This document shows, piece by piece, positions 35,563 through 47,820 of a DNA stretch of 64,000 nt. The notes under the pieces were generated by a model. The model saw nothing but the letters and a program-made list of their open reading frames with translations. It ran no database searches and was not told where the DNA came from. A program made the position numbers and the translations under genes. The stretch is from Callorhinchus milii. Taxonomy: Eukaryota. The stretch's first letter is position 1. Each line of letters begins with the position of its first letter. The stretch spans positions 88,228,001-88,292,000 of the forward strand of contig NW_024704743.1 in the NCBI RefSeq assembly GCF_018977255.1. The letters run 5' to 3'.

Positions 35563-35900
35563 TAGGGCTTGAGGACCTTAGAGTGTGTTGAGGTGCTGCT
35601 TGAGTTTAACCAGCTAAAACTGCAAAGCTTGACATTGATACTGTTGGGCAAGCTTCCCGCTGCTTGTCCCTCTAGGACCAACCTGCCAGTTAGGGTTACG
35701 GCTTGCAGCGTGAACATGAGCTGAGTGGGAAGAATCCTCACCACCAGTGACTTGGTCTGTTCCTCCAAGTCATGTTGACAAGACAAGCTGGCTGTTTTGG
35801 TATGTGCAGTGTCCTGAAGTATTGTGTACCTGCCTGGCTCAGTAACCAAACTACTGAGACCACCAGAGATTGACCTTGGGGCCAGCACAGCTCCAAGGAG
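35563..35900 (+). mobile_element. Ancient non-LTR RT-like C-terminal fragment
   Basis: peptides DIDTVGQASRCLSL and CSVLKYCVPAW resemble HI....KASR.L.L and RSVLEY..P.W; related copies at 20050 and 38770. Confidence 0.5.
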
Positions 35901-35923
35901 ACCCTCTTACCTCCTACATCTCA

Positions 35924-35949
35924 CCCCCCCCCCCCCCCCCCCCCACCCC
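35924..35949. repeat. Poly-C tract
   Basis: C21-A-C4. Confidence 0.95.
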
Positions 35950-36464
35950 AGAGGAGAGTTGGGCAATATTGAAGAGAAGAGTTTGGAGAGACAGTAGTGT
36001 GGTTGGTTGGTGCACGTTCAATGCTGAGCAGATTTGAGCTGTCTTCATTCTAATATTTGTTATCAAGGCAGGGTGGAATGGCTACACAGAAGGGGAGAAA
36101 CTCCACCTGGGTATAGATTTACTCTGATTAGCAATTTAGAACATGCAGAATTTAGCAACATGAGCAGCTGTGAGTGGGGTTAGATACAAATAAAGTCTGT
36201 TGCAACACTGATTTTGGCTATGAAATGCAGTAAATGGACTGGTCTCTATGAAAGGTAGACTTGTGTGGCTGTGGAAGTAACAGCTTTGAAGGATCAATGG
36301 CCTTTTTCTTGTTCCTTGTTTTCTAGATGAATGTAAGTCCACCACATAAATATCGACAACTTGGCAGAAATAGTTGTTTATTTAACAGTCGCACTGTTAT
36401 GGGATTGATTCTGCAACCTGAGTTCTCTCCCACACAAAAATGTGCACATTTATTTCCCTTATCT

Positions 36465-36830
36465 TCGCCAAGCTCCATTGGGTCCCAGTACCTTAGTGGA
36501 CTGAGTTTAAGATCCTTGTCTTTATCTATCTATAGCTCTATGATCTCATCCATTTTATCTATGCAATCTTCTACAGCCCTATACTCCGTTCCCTCTGCTC
36601 TTCCAACTCATTTTGTTCCACCTTTGGTAGACAAAGCTTCGGTCACGTGGACCTTTCCTCCAAAACCACCTTGCTTTGCTTCCTGCCGCCTAGCTATCAA
36701 ATGCCTTCTAAAGAACATATCTCCTTCAGCCATGACTTTGGTCAACATCTTTAAATTTCATATTTCCCTGTTATTCACCATTCCATTTTTTGAGGCCTTT
36801 GAGAATGTTTTTTTTACATGAAACACAATA
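36465..36830 (+). mobile_element. Old L2 3' fragment
   Basis: ctccattgggtcccagta...gagtttaagatccttg (LHW.PV....FKIL). Confidence 0.7.
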
Positions 36831-38110
36831 TAATTGTTATTGATTCTTTGTGAAATCTCATTAATTTATAAATATCTACACCAGCATTCCGACAATAAAT
36901 TTAACTATTTTTAGGGAACAAATTTGCAGCTTAAAATATTTCTACAAATAAGACACACTCAGAACTACTTCCCTCAGCCTTTCCCAGGAGTCCTAAGATT
37001 TGGCTGAGTTGCTGACACAAACTCTGGAATCCAGTCTCTTCTACAAAGGATTGGTTTTGCAATTGCCAGCAGAATTATCAGAATTAATCTCAGGTTAAGT
37101 TACTGCCAGGTCGGTTAAAGTTTATCACAACATTTTTATTTTTGGCAAATTTGTTCAAGATTTTCAGGAACTGTTTGGAAGCTCAAATTGCAACTGGGTC
37201 TTGTGACCGGGTTTAAGTGAAGGCTTCTAGTTCTGGGGAGCCCTTCACCTTCTCTTCCCCACACAATAAAGATTCACATTAAACCCAAAGAACAATCAAT
37301 TCTAGAGAGTGTTATGTGAACAAGTAATAACAATTCTTGCATTTGGCACACAACCTACGAAGGCAAGAACTTGAAAAAAAAGCTTCAGAGAATCTTTGTA
37401 AAGTGTAGTGACTGTTTATTTGAAGGCTGTAATTTTGCTAATGTTGGAAGGACTGTTATGTATATATTTTTTTTGCTTTTCATTCCCCATTTGTCTTCTT
37501 CAAGAATATAGCTGAGAAGTTGTGCAGTGTATGCATGTGTCCTTTTCACATTCCAGTATGTAATGTTAATTCATTTTGGACATACCTACATTTCAGGAAA
37601 TAATTAGTTAACTCAAGATAAATGCATATCTGAAGGAAATGTTTCAAGCACAGATTCCAATGTATAAACCATTTCCTATTTAGTATATTGTATAGGATGA
37701 TTCCTGTTCCAAGAATAACATTTAAACACAAAATCCTCATCCAAATGCAATATGATCTCCAGTTGTCCCATTTCTGATGCTCAGCACATTAAGTACACTC
37801 AGTTCATTGCCAAACTTCACTGAAGATCAACAGCAAATTTTGGAAGATTAACTAATTTTGCGTAAAATGATAAGTATTTGTTAAGCATTTTCTGTTTTGT
37901 TTAGATTAGATGGATACGCGATAAAATGGGCTTTGGTAATGCTGTACAAATATGAAAACTCTCTTTTTCGTACAATCATATGTTTTGGGAAGTTCTAACT
38001 GTATCTAGTGGTGAAACTTGTCCAACTGGGACTGCCCTACACTTTGGGATTGCAGCTCACAGGGTGAAGACATGCCTACACTTCTAGTTCTTAATGATGA
38101 GTCAGACTTA

Positions 38111-38431
38111 GTGGAGTCCTGTAGCTCAATGGTTAGAGCACTTGCCTTGCAAGCGAGACACCTGGGTTCAATTCCAGGCAGAGGGCGAAACCTTGGGCAA
38201 GTTTCCTTACTCCACACGCCTAATAATAATCCCTCCAAAACAAAGCAATAATAAACTGGTCATTTTCAATCCACGACTGTTTGTGGGACACTGCTGTGGC
38301 AATTGGCTGCCGCGTTTCACCAACAAATATACAGTCAATTCACTTTACAGTATATTCTGTGAAGCATTTTGAGACATTGAGAAGACGTGAAAAGCGCTAT
38401 ATCAAATGCAAGAATTATTATTATTATTATA
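38111..38431 (+). mobile_element. Full-length young tRNA-Ala-derived SINE (short form)
   Basis: head with intact B box ggttcaattcc, body and (TTA)n tail. Confidence 0.96.
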
Positions 38432-38449
38432 GACAATAACTAATGTTGG

Positions 38450-38830
38450 TCATAATGGCATCACCAGGCATTTCTCCTCTGTGCCAGCTCAGTCCTCGGA
38501 AGACCCAGTTTACCTTTCTGCTGCCTCCTCAGAGGTTAAATTTGGCAGTTGGTGCATTTGCTTCAATTTTTTGGGGGGTTACCCAGGTGTCTGACATATG
38601 CGGAAACCCATCACCAAGGTTAAGAGAATCCAAACTAGGCTGAGAACTCCACAAAGGTATGCCACAAACACATGGAAAGTCCTGTATCTGGAAAGGAAGA
38701 TGTACTCTCTCCCTGGATGGACACATCCTACTTCCCTAATTCTAGAGAGTGTTAGGCACAGGTTGGCAACAGCCAAGCCATGGGGTCCCCTGAGTATATG
38801 TTGGCGTGGTGTTGCAGTTTAACCAGCATA
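38450..38830 (+). mobile_element. Possible ancient RT core fragment
   Basis: GISPLCQLSP..F and LTYAE resemble the GxxQGCxLSPxLF and YADD motifs; 3' end overlaps 35565-35612 (gtttaaccagc). Confidence 0.35.
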
Positions 38831-38964
38831 GACCCAATTGGCTCAGGAACGAGACTTCTAAAACCACCACAAAATATTGATTCAATCCAAACACAATAGG
38901 TAATCTGCATACAACAATGTTTTACAAATGACCTGAAGGCAATTACCTTTTTTTTTAGTTCAAG

Positions 38965-39180
38965 CATTGTTGGCCAGGAAAATGTCCCTTCGCTTTACTG
39001 GTAGTGCCACTGGATCTATAACATCGACCTGAACAGGCAGACAGTTTGCTGTCTCATATAAAGAACAGTACCTCTGACAGTCAAACTCTCCCCCAGCACT
39101 GTATCAGATGACAGCTTAAAGTCCCAACATTGTCCTTGAAACCACAATCTTCTGATGCTACCAGCTAAGCCAAGCTGACA
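38965..39180 (-). mobile_element. DeuSINE-type element
   Basis: ttgttggccagg..tagtgccactggatct..cctgaacaggcagacag. Confidence 0.7.
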
Positions 39181-39639
39181 TTTCCTGAGCCAAGATGACA
39201 CTTGAATGAAGAGGACATATTAACCTGAAGTTAACCTGAAGAAAGATTCCACATTTCTTTGAAAAAGCAACAGCAGAACAGTCAATTTACATCTACCTGT
39301 ATAACCAAGCAGATAGAACCTAAATTAATACATTGATCAAATAAATAATAAACGTGTACACAATATAGGATGAACCGTGTAAGCAAATATGGCTGCCAAT
39401 CTTCAACAGCAATGTCTCAAAAACAAAGAGTCAAATTAATTTGGATTCTTAAAAAGAATTGGCTCCCATATGCTTTTAAGAGTTATCCACAATAATGTGA
39501 TCTTAAATTCAAACACAAACAAGTTTTACAGGCCAATATATTAAGTGGAATTTCAGTTACCGCAACTCTAATGCTATCCAGGGATTTTGAATTCCTGTTG
39601 TTGTTGTTGTTGAATGCAGAACAGCCCAGGTTGCGAGAG

Positions 39640-39925
39640 AACTAGTTTTAAAACATTGTCTTTTCAACTCTGTGACCCAAATTTGAATCCAGATGAGAAA
39701 GAGTGTAAAGATCTAATTTCTTTTACAGCCACTGATAAAGACACTTAGCCACGAAGCTAAATGATTTCAGGCAATTTCAGACTGGTTGACAGTGCACATG
39801 TTCCATAGAACAAAATGATCATTTATTGGAAACAACTTGATAATTTGCACTGAGAGACCACACGAAAGTGGACATGACCGTAGGTAGGTCGAAGTCATAT
39901 TGATATGGTTGAGGCATGTTCTATT
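39640..39925 (+). mobile_element. LF-SINE-like element, very diverged
   Basis: colinear motifs cttttcaactctg..gaatccag, aaatgattt..cagactggtt..agtgcaca, ctgagagacca, ggttgaggca resemble the LF-SINE consensus as remembered. Confidence 0.5.
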
Positions 39926-40089
39926 TCATTTTAATTAAAAATTGTATTGCACATTAAAAATTGATAATGCTAAACAAATATTTGATGCTAACTACACTAA
40001 AATTCAAAGGGCTAAAAATATCACATACAAACAATTATCTTGTCACAGTTATACACATGAATGTTTATGGTTGCATAGTAATGAACACC

Positions 40090-40330
40090 TACATTGGAGT
40101 CCCTCAGGGAAATGAGCTTGGACCCACACTGCTTTTCAATTTCATCAACATCCAAGTCAATGTCAACAAAAATGACATTGCTGTAATTTTTAGATGACAC
40201 CTCCTTCTCCGGAGTGGTTATTTCCCCCATCTGAAAGACAAACAGCACCAGAACTGCTACAGGCAGACGTAGACAGAATATGACAGTGAGCAGACAAATG
40301 GTATGTTATCTTTAGGGTTGAGAAGAGCAA
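40090..40330 (+). mobile_element. CR1 RT fragment
   Basis: GVPQGNELGPTLLFNFIN, gatgacac (DDT), cagtgagcagacaaatgg (ADKW). Confidence 0.75.
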
Positions 40331-40675
40331 GTCAATAACTGCTGAGAAAGATTGACTGTGATGCTGCCTTCTACCTTTATGAGAGCACCCAGTTTTCTTT
40401 CACTTGCAAATATTCAGTTATTTTGCTTGAGAATCATATCTAAACCGAGACAGCAAACAGGGGTTGCAGAGTAGTCTAAGAATACTACAATTCCTCAGAG
40501 TTCTTGATTATGCTCTTTGCCGATAGTGTCCTGGAAAACCTATACTTGCTTTCCAATGGAATCTTGTACTGTCCCTTGACAAGCTGCAGAAGAAGAACCA
40601 CCTCTTGCTCCCAGGGTGGGGGTTAATGTAGTCCAAAGCCATGCATATCAGTAAATGTTATGAAAATGGTTTGCT

Positions 40676-40778
40676 ATGTGCCACAAAATATGCAGTCAAT
40701 TCACTTTACAGTATATTCTGTGAAGCACTTTGAGACGTCTCGAAGATGTGATAAGGTGCTATATCAAATGCAAGGTTT
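40676..40778 (+). mobile_element. Young SINE 3' end
   Basis: cagtcaattcactttacagtatattctgtgaag...gtgctatatcaaatgcaagg. Confidence 0.9.
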
Positions 40779-40929
40779 ATAGAATCTATCGATTGAAATA
40801 GACAAATCTGAGTTTTTACTCTTCTATCATGGCTGGCATAAAACACACACATTGCCTCAGGCTTCATTCATCTGCCTTGAATCTGTGAAGAAATATGAGT
40901 AAAGACCAGACGTTCTCAGAACAGTTCAG

Positions 40930-41300
40930 AGAAACATTGATGGAGATGTCTTCTCCGCAGACCTCGGGGCAGGTGGCAAAAAGTTTTTGGTTCTCGTCTG
41001 AGAAAAAGATTCTTCAATTCTTCACAGTCTTCACAGAAAATGCCACGGGACAGACTAGTAAGGAGCTAAAAGTGGGAAAAAGAGTAATATTTCTCAGTAG
41101 AAATCATCAATCTTAGAATAATGGGATAGAAATTATGAGCTTTAATGTGTGATAATTGTCATTGATAATCATTATCACATCATTGAAAACTGTGGTCGTC
41201 ATCAGTCTAGAATTATTGACTGTATTGGGTGTTCCCTCCTCTACCCCGATAAGCCTAATCTGTGTGTCCATAATCGAACAGTTATATGTGGACCTCAACA
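40930..41300 (-). mobile_element. Possible L1-clade ORF1 fossil
   Basis: one frame with stops: IRLIGVEEG ... ITLFPTFSSLL...AF..K ... KLFATCPEV, resembling L1 ORF1p N.RI.G.PEG, I.IFPDFS and F..P.E motifs. Confidence 0.4.
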
Positions 41301-41545
41301 TTTCAGGGCCAATTCCCAGGGCAACAGCCAAACTCCGATTATTTTTAGTTTAGTCAGAACCCCAGGGATCTGCACTTAAATGTCATGCTCCAGCACCAAC
41401 AGGTCGTATGGTGACCAAGAGAGGATTCGTACCCAACTATCATGACAAAGTTGAGGGAGGGTCACATTATATGTCACAATTCACATGCCTCTATTAGAAG
41501 AGTAAATGGGAACCATAAATATTGCTCATCGTAATGCAGCTTGTG

Positions 41546-41745
41546 ATAATAATAGTAATAATAGTAACAATCCTTGCATTTGATATGATACTTTATCATG
41601 TCACCAAGATGGTTCATAGGATTTATTGTAAAGTGCAGTGACTGTACATTCGTAAGTAAACGCGGCAGTTAGTTTTGTGCACAGCAATGTCCTACAAACA
41701 GCCATGAAGTGGTTTAACAATTTTAACTGGGGGAATCATTAGCTA
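41546..41745 (-). mobile_element. SINE 3' half, old
   Basis: atccttgcatttgatat...gcacagcaatgtcctacaaacagccatgaagt. Confidence 0.8.
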
Positions 41746-42479
41746 AAACACAAAGACATCATGTGCTCAACAATGTGAGTGATTATACAAATGAAGAATA
41801 CAAAATGTGTCCACTTTGCTTCCAATCCATGTGAACTCTGCATAACACAAATTGTTTATAATTCTTAGCTCCGCCACATTATCCCAACAAAATATTATGA
41901 TGGTGCAGATAGCTAAGAATATCAGACAATTTGGTACCAATGTTCAAAATTATCTTGGTTTGTATTTTGTGTGTTTGACAAACACAGTTTGTGTCAAAAA
42001 TGAGCAACTTCCTATGATGATTGTTTCTATTATTCCTAATAGCACTCACACGCTATGCTGTCCTGTCCGCCTCAGTTTTAATGATCTAATAAAAGCATTT
42101 AAGTCCAAATGCTAGTGCTGCCATGAGAATAGTTGAAACCACTCACGTCCAAATAATGTGCTGAAATAAAATTACTACACAGGACTACATGGTCTGAAAT
42201 AGAGATAATCCTGACTCTGCCAAGCAATGTTAGGCAATGTTTTGGGTCTGAATCAGGAGTTAAAGATATGTAAATGCAACAATATATAGGGCAAAAGCCA
42301 GCAGTTCATGAGGAATGAAAGTCCTAAGGAAAGTTATTGAATGTCTAGGAGGCTTTGCTTTTTTTAAAAAAATTGCATCAATAGTCACATTAAATAGCTT
42401 TAAGTAGCTTTAAATAAATTAAATCTATGTATACATTTAACATTGTTCCCAATGCATGCAATTCTGGTTCAGATCTGGT

Positions 42480-42866
42480 TCAATGCTGCAGAAAATGTTG
42501 TATTGTCAAAGGTGCCATTCTTCACATGAAACTTTAAACCGAGGCCCTGTCTGCTGTTCAGGTGGAACTTAAAGATCCCATGACATTATTTTAAAATAGA
42601 AGGGAGTTTCTCCCTATGTCCTGGTCACAATCCCCCAGATAAAATCGGTCATTCACTCCAATGCTGTTTTTGGGACATAGCTGTGCACAAATCATCTCAT
42701 CTCATTGTTATTTATGGAACATTGCTAGCACAGATTAGCTGTCTTATTTGCCCATATAACAATATTCACTTCATCTTTAATCAATTATATGTTGTAAATG
42801 CTTCAGTATGTTTATATATACATAAAAAACATTTTTTGAATACATCAAATGCAAATTATCATTATT
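42480..42866 (+). mobile_element. DeuSINE-type element
   Basis: ttaaaccgaggccctgtctgctgttcaggtggaacttaaagatcccatgac. Confidence 0.8.
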
Positions 42867-42885
42867 TAAAGCTCCATTGACGTCA

Positions 42886-43204
42886 GTGGAGTCCTGTAGC
42901 TCAGTGGTTAGAGCACTCGCTTTGCAAACGAGAGACCTGAGTTCAATTCCAGGCAGGGCGAAACCATGGGCAAGTTTCCTTACTCCACACAGAGCCTAAT
43001 AATAATAATAATCCCTCCAAAACCAAAAACAATAATAAATTGGTCATTTTCAATCTACGACTGTTTGTGGGACATTGCTGTGCGCAATTGGTTGCCGCGC
43101 TCGCCCACAAATATACAGTCAATTCACTTTACAGCGCTTTGGGACGTCCTCCCAATGTGAAAAGCACTATATCAAATGCAAGGATCATTATTATTATTAT
43201 TATA
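42886..43204 (+). mobile_element. Young tRNA-Ala-derived SINE (short form, small 3' deletion)
   Basis: full head and tail; lacks tgtgttctgtgaag. Confidence 0.95.
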
Positions 43205-43227
43205 GTAAGTGATGTCAGGCTGGATCC

Positions 43228-43671
43228 CATCTGACTCAGTAGATTGTGGTTTCAAGCCCCACATTGGATCTTGAACTCATAGAGTCTAACCTGACACTCC
43301 AATGCAATGCTGGAGTGTGTTTCATTGTTGGAGGTGACACATTTTGGAGGTACTTGCTAGAAGTGTTTACTATTCAATTGTTTAAAACATTAAACCAAGG
43401 CCCTGTCTGCCTGTTCAGGTGGATGTAAAAATTCCCATGGTACTACTCAAAATGAGAAGAGAGTTTCTCCTGGTGTCCTGGGTAACAAACCCCTAATAAA
43501 AATGGTCATTTGTTTCAAAGATGTTTGTGGGACATTCTTATTTGCGATTAGGCTACTGTGTTAGTGTATAAATACAGTCACATCTCTTCATAGTAAACTC
43601 TATGAAGTGCTTTAACACATCTTCCCAACTAGAAAGCTGCAATGCCAAATGAAAGGATTATTATTATTATT
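43228..43671 (+). mobile_element. DeuSINE-type element, near full length
   Basis: gtggtttcaagccccac head; ttaaaccaaggccctgtctgcctgttcaggtggatgtaaaa core; TTA tail. Confidence 0.85.
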
Positions 43672-43674
43672 TTA

Positions 43675-43940
43675 GAAATGTGGTTTGGATGTACTGTACA
43701 TATTGTGTAGACTGACCCTCCAGTGCAATACTCGGCAGTGCTGCACTGTTGGAGGTGACGTCCTGAGATATGATATTAAACCAAGATCACATTCTTCAGA
43801 TAAATTGGCATTTAGGTTGTGGCTGTTTGTAACATTAAACCACCATAAATGGCTGCTGTGGTTGCCCCCAAAATAGTCACTACTCTTCATAGTAATTGCC
43901 CATGGAACACATTGAGAAGCACCATTGAAGTGATAATACA
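43675..43940 (+). mobile_element. DeuSINE-type fragment with deleted core
   Basis: ctccagtgcaatactcggcagtgctgcactgttggaggtg...ttaaaccaag. Confidence 0.65.
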
Positions 43941-44441
43941 AGACACTATAAAAATACAAGATTTTCATTTCTTTACTTCCCAAACATTTGGAAAATCTCA
44001 CATATGGCAATTGGCCAATTCGATTTCAGCTTTTGATCAAACCCACATGAGGTTCTGCATTGACTGTTTCCCAGCTTTCATTTTTTTCAAATCTGATTGT
44101 AGTTGCAGGGATTTTCATCTTTAAGGAATAATCACTAATGCAAATGTACCTTATGGATTGTTGAACTTTCCAGAGATTCATGCTGTGTTGATTAATTGCT
44201 AATGAATGCTAATGAATGAGTGAACAGAACATGCACTAAGATGTATTTAAGAAATGATTGATTAGACTATAAGTACAAGCTGTCAAGAGAGTATTCAATG
44301 CCCATACACATGAATACCCACGTATGAGTGTAATATACCAATATCTATTACTAGTCTTTACATCTCACATTTTGTGTTTGGCCCACAAAATATGCACAGT
44401 CAATTCACCTGACAGTATATTTTGTGAAACGCTTTTGAGAC

Positions 44442-45364
44442 AACAACAACAGCAAGATTATATTTGTATAGCGCCTTTCTCGTCGGGAGGTCATCCCAAA
44501 GCACTGGACAGTGTACAGCATTTCAGACCTGAGCTGGGGTCAGATGGAGAAGGGAGGGGAGGGGAAGGAGGGTGACCGATGGCATGGTCGAAGAGTAGGG
44601 TCTTGAGGTGGGACTTGAAGGAGGCTAAGGAGGGGGCGAGGCGGAGTGATTGGGGAATGGAATTCCAGAGGTTGGGGGCAGAGTGGCTGAAGGCTCTCCT
44701 GCCAATGGTGGGGCAGGTGGGTCGGGGGACGTGGAGCAGGCCAGAGGCGGCTGAGCGGAGGGAGTGGGCGGGTTGGTAGGGGTTAGGAAGTCGCAGAGGT
44801 AGGGTGGGGCGAGGCCATGGAGGGCTTGTAGGTGAAGACCAGGATCTTGAACTGGATGCTCTGAAAGATAGGGAGCCAGTGGAGTCGGGTGAGATTGGGG
44901 GAGATGGTGTCACGGAGTTTGGTGCGGGAGAGGACATGGGTTGCAGAGTTCTGGATTATCTGCAGCCTGTGGAGGGAGGAGTTGGGAAGGCCAACAAGCA
45001 GGGCGTTTGCATAGTCGAGCCTGGAGGTGATGAAGGCATGAACCAGAGTTTCAGCGGCCTGAGGGGTGAGGTAGTGGCGGAGTCAGGCAATGTTACGGAG
45101 GTGAGGGAAGGCAGAGCCGGTCATGGCTTGGATGTGCGGAAGAAAAGGCAGTTGAGGGTCGAACAAGACACTTAGGTTCCTGACTGGCTTGGTGAGTTGA
45201 AGTGTGCAACCATGGAGGTTGATGCTGTCAGAGCCAATCAGGAGGGCCTCAGTCTTGTTCACATTCAACTGTGGGAAATTTGCCCTCAGCCAGGACTTGA
45301 TGTCTGACAGGCAGTCTGTCAGGACAGCAGTGGTCCTGGAGTTGAGGATGGAGGCAGAAAGATA
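44442..45364 (-). mobile_element. Young 5'-truncated L2 inserted into a SINE 3' end
   Basis: same family as 12150-13195 (DCLSDIKSWLRANF, AFSHSAPNLWNSIP, FKSHLKTLLF); host SINE at 44378-44441 resumes at 45365-45425. Confidence 0.95.
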
Positions 45365-45957
45365 GAGACGTCTCAAGGATGTGATAAGGGTCTATATCAA
45401 ATGCAAGGATTATTATTACTATTATCACATCTCAGTGGAACTATGAAAACATCCAATATTGTGACTGAGATACAAGAGTAATACTGGAGTCCACATGCCC
45501 ATATTTCCTTATTTACAAGTCATGCAAATAAGAACTCCTTCTGATTATCAGAAGCATGCCATTCCGATCTGCAGGAATGCTGTTCTGATACAATGTACTT
45601 CTAGAGCGGAGTTCAACAGGAATTCCAACCGGATTGCTTATTATGGAATAAGGGAGATTGCAAGTTACACCCCATTACCACATTTGTTTGAACACCAAGT
45701 TGTGAAGACAAATTACTATCTTAAAGAGGCAGTGACATCTCGAAGAGGCATTCTGAATGGATCTTGATACAGTTGCTAGATTGCATTAGGTATTGAGTAT
45801 GAAAAATATGAGGTACTGTATATTGATAAAAGAAGCATCAAATATTTGTAGATGATAGAAAGGTTAAGTTGGAAAAAAAATTATGAGTGTATTTATTGAC
45901 TATTTCTTAATGCTTTAGTTATACTATATTTTTGTGTTGATTTGAAATGACGGAGGA

Positions 45958-46144
45958 AAAATTCAACACAGGTCTATATCTCCTCTGTTTATGTTACATT
46001 TCAGAATGTGTAGAATTCAGCAAAATGTTAATCACTCTTACAGAAGATTGGCTTCAAAATTCTGAATGCAGTTGAAAATTTTTCAAATGCTGCACGTTAT
46101 GAAATGCTAGGAAAATAGAGTAAATCTATACTCAGGTTGAATTT
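45958..46144. mobile_element. Palindromic MITE-like element (family A)
   Basis: aaattcaacacaggtctata ... tagagtaaatctatactcaggttgaattt; similar to 4635-4836. Confidence 0.65.
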
Positions 46145-46329
46145 CTACCCCACCGTTGTGAAAAACAACAGCTTTCACTTGTATAACACTGTTTGGGAAA
46201 AATTAATACCTGAAATTATAATCGGGAGCAACAAGTGGCCAGAAGGAATGCTGGTCCACTACTGTCAAGCACATTGGGACCCTACCATACATGAGGGGTG
46301 CAATAAACATGCAAGTTGTTGTTGTTTAT

Positions 46330-46625
46330 CAAGGGCATAGTTGAAAAGGTGACTCTTTAGGATGTTTTTGGTGGCAGCGAGAGAAGCAGTGAGACAAAAG
46401 ATTTTGGGAGAGATTTTCAGAAGGAAGTGGCATAGTAGTTGAAAACATGGATAGCTATGGTGGGATGAAGGGAGTGAGAAACAAACAGCAGACCAGAATT
46501 GGAGAAGCAGCAGTAAGTGAATAGGGTTGGAGGTTGTATATGTAAGTAGAGATATCACCATGAAGGGATTTAAAGGTTAGGACAAAGATCTTAAAATCAA
46601 TCCGCTAGGGTATTGGGAGCTAATG
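46330..46625 (-). mobile_element. Old L2 3' fragment (opposite-strand L2-type tail at 46265-46326)
   Basis: LKSHLFNYA; aagatcttaaaatcaatccg..gggagctaatggaag. Confidence 0.7.
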
Positions 46626-46939
46626 GAAGCAGTTGTGGAGGAAGATGAAGGAAAATGGAATGGTTGATAGTGTCATAAGTAGTGGAGAGATCAAGGAGTA
46701 TGAGTAGAGACAGCAAATCCTAGTTGCAAATAAAATATTGAGTTGAATATGATTAGAGACTAGTGGACACAGGGCAAAAAATCCTTCCTGAATAATTTCT
46801 TGTCTGCTGAAACCAGCTTGAGGAAGTGATTTTTCCAGGAAATTGATTTGCTTCAGGATAAGCAGAAGCAGCTCAAATCAATTTGATTTCTATTCAAGAA
46901 TGCTCCCCTTAAAAAATGGGAACTCCATTGGAAAAATAA

Positions 46940-47250
46940 ATATGGTACAGAAACAGGCCATTCGGTTCAACAGTCTGTGCCGGTGTTTATACTCCAAACA
47001 AGCTCCCACCTCTCCTATTTCCCTCACCTATACTACTCTATTCTCTTCTTCCTCATGTATGCATAAAGCTTTCTCATGAATATATTGATGCATTTTTTCT
47101 TCAACCACAACTTCTGACAATGAGTTCCACATTCCGATCACTCCCTTCGTGAAAAAGTTCCTCCTAAACTCCTTATTGGATTTACTGGCTATCTTATATT
47201 TATGGCCTAACCAACAAGTATAAACAACCTATCAACCTTCACCTTATCAA
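46940..47250 (-). mobile_element. CR1 3' fragment
   Basis: acagaaacaggccattcggttcaac; gagttccacattc..cactcc..gtgaaaaag. Confidence 0.75.
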
Positions 47251-47261
47251 ATCATTGTATA

Positions 47262-47468
47262 ATCTTAATAATAATCCTTACGTTTGGAAGAGTGCCTTTC
47301 ATGTCAGGGGAAGAAGTCCTAAAGTGCTTCACAGGATATAATGTAAAGTGCAGTGAACTGCAATGAAGTACATTGTGGGTGAACAGCACAGCTGATTTGT
47401 AGAGCAATGACACACAAACAGCCGTAGAGTGAGTGACCAATTTTCTCTGGGGGAATGTTGGCCAGGGC
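47262..47468 (-). mobile_element. SINE 3' half, old
   Basis: aataataatcctta...gagtgaccaattttctctgggggaatgttggccagg. Confidence 0.7.
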
Positions 47469-47550
47469 AACATTTTCGAATAATGAGTGATTATACAGAT
47501 GAAGAATACAATGCCTTAGGATCACATAGACTGAGTTTAAACAACTTCAC

Positions 47551-47820
47551 GCAAGTTTCTTTCCTCCATATGCCTCTGTTTGCCTAGCAGTACGTAGAAA
47601 CCCAGTTGATAGTCGATCAGTGGATCGCTTTCCAGGGGTAATAATGCCTCCAAAAAAAACATTTGGTCCCTCAATCCATGACTATTGTGGGACACTGCTG
47701 TTCGCAATTGGCTGCCATGTTTTGCACACAAAATACAGTCAATCCACTTTACAATATATTCTGTGAAGTGCTTTGAAATGTCTCAACCTGTTATATCAAA
47801 TGCAGGGATTATTATTATCA
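47551..47820 (+). mobile_element. Long-form SINE lacking its head
   Basis: gcctctgtttgcctagcagta...tagtcgatcagtggatcgctttcc segment plus tail. Confidence 0.8.
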
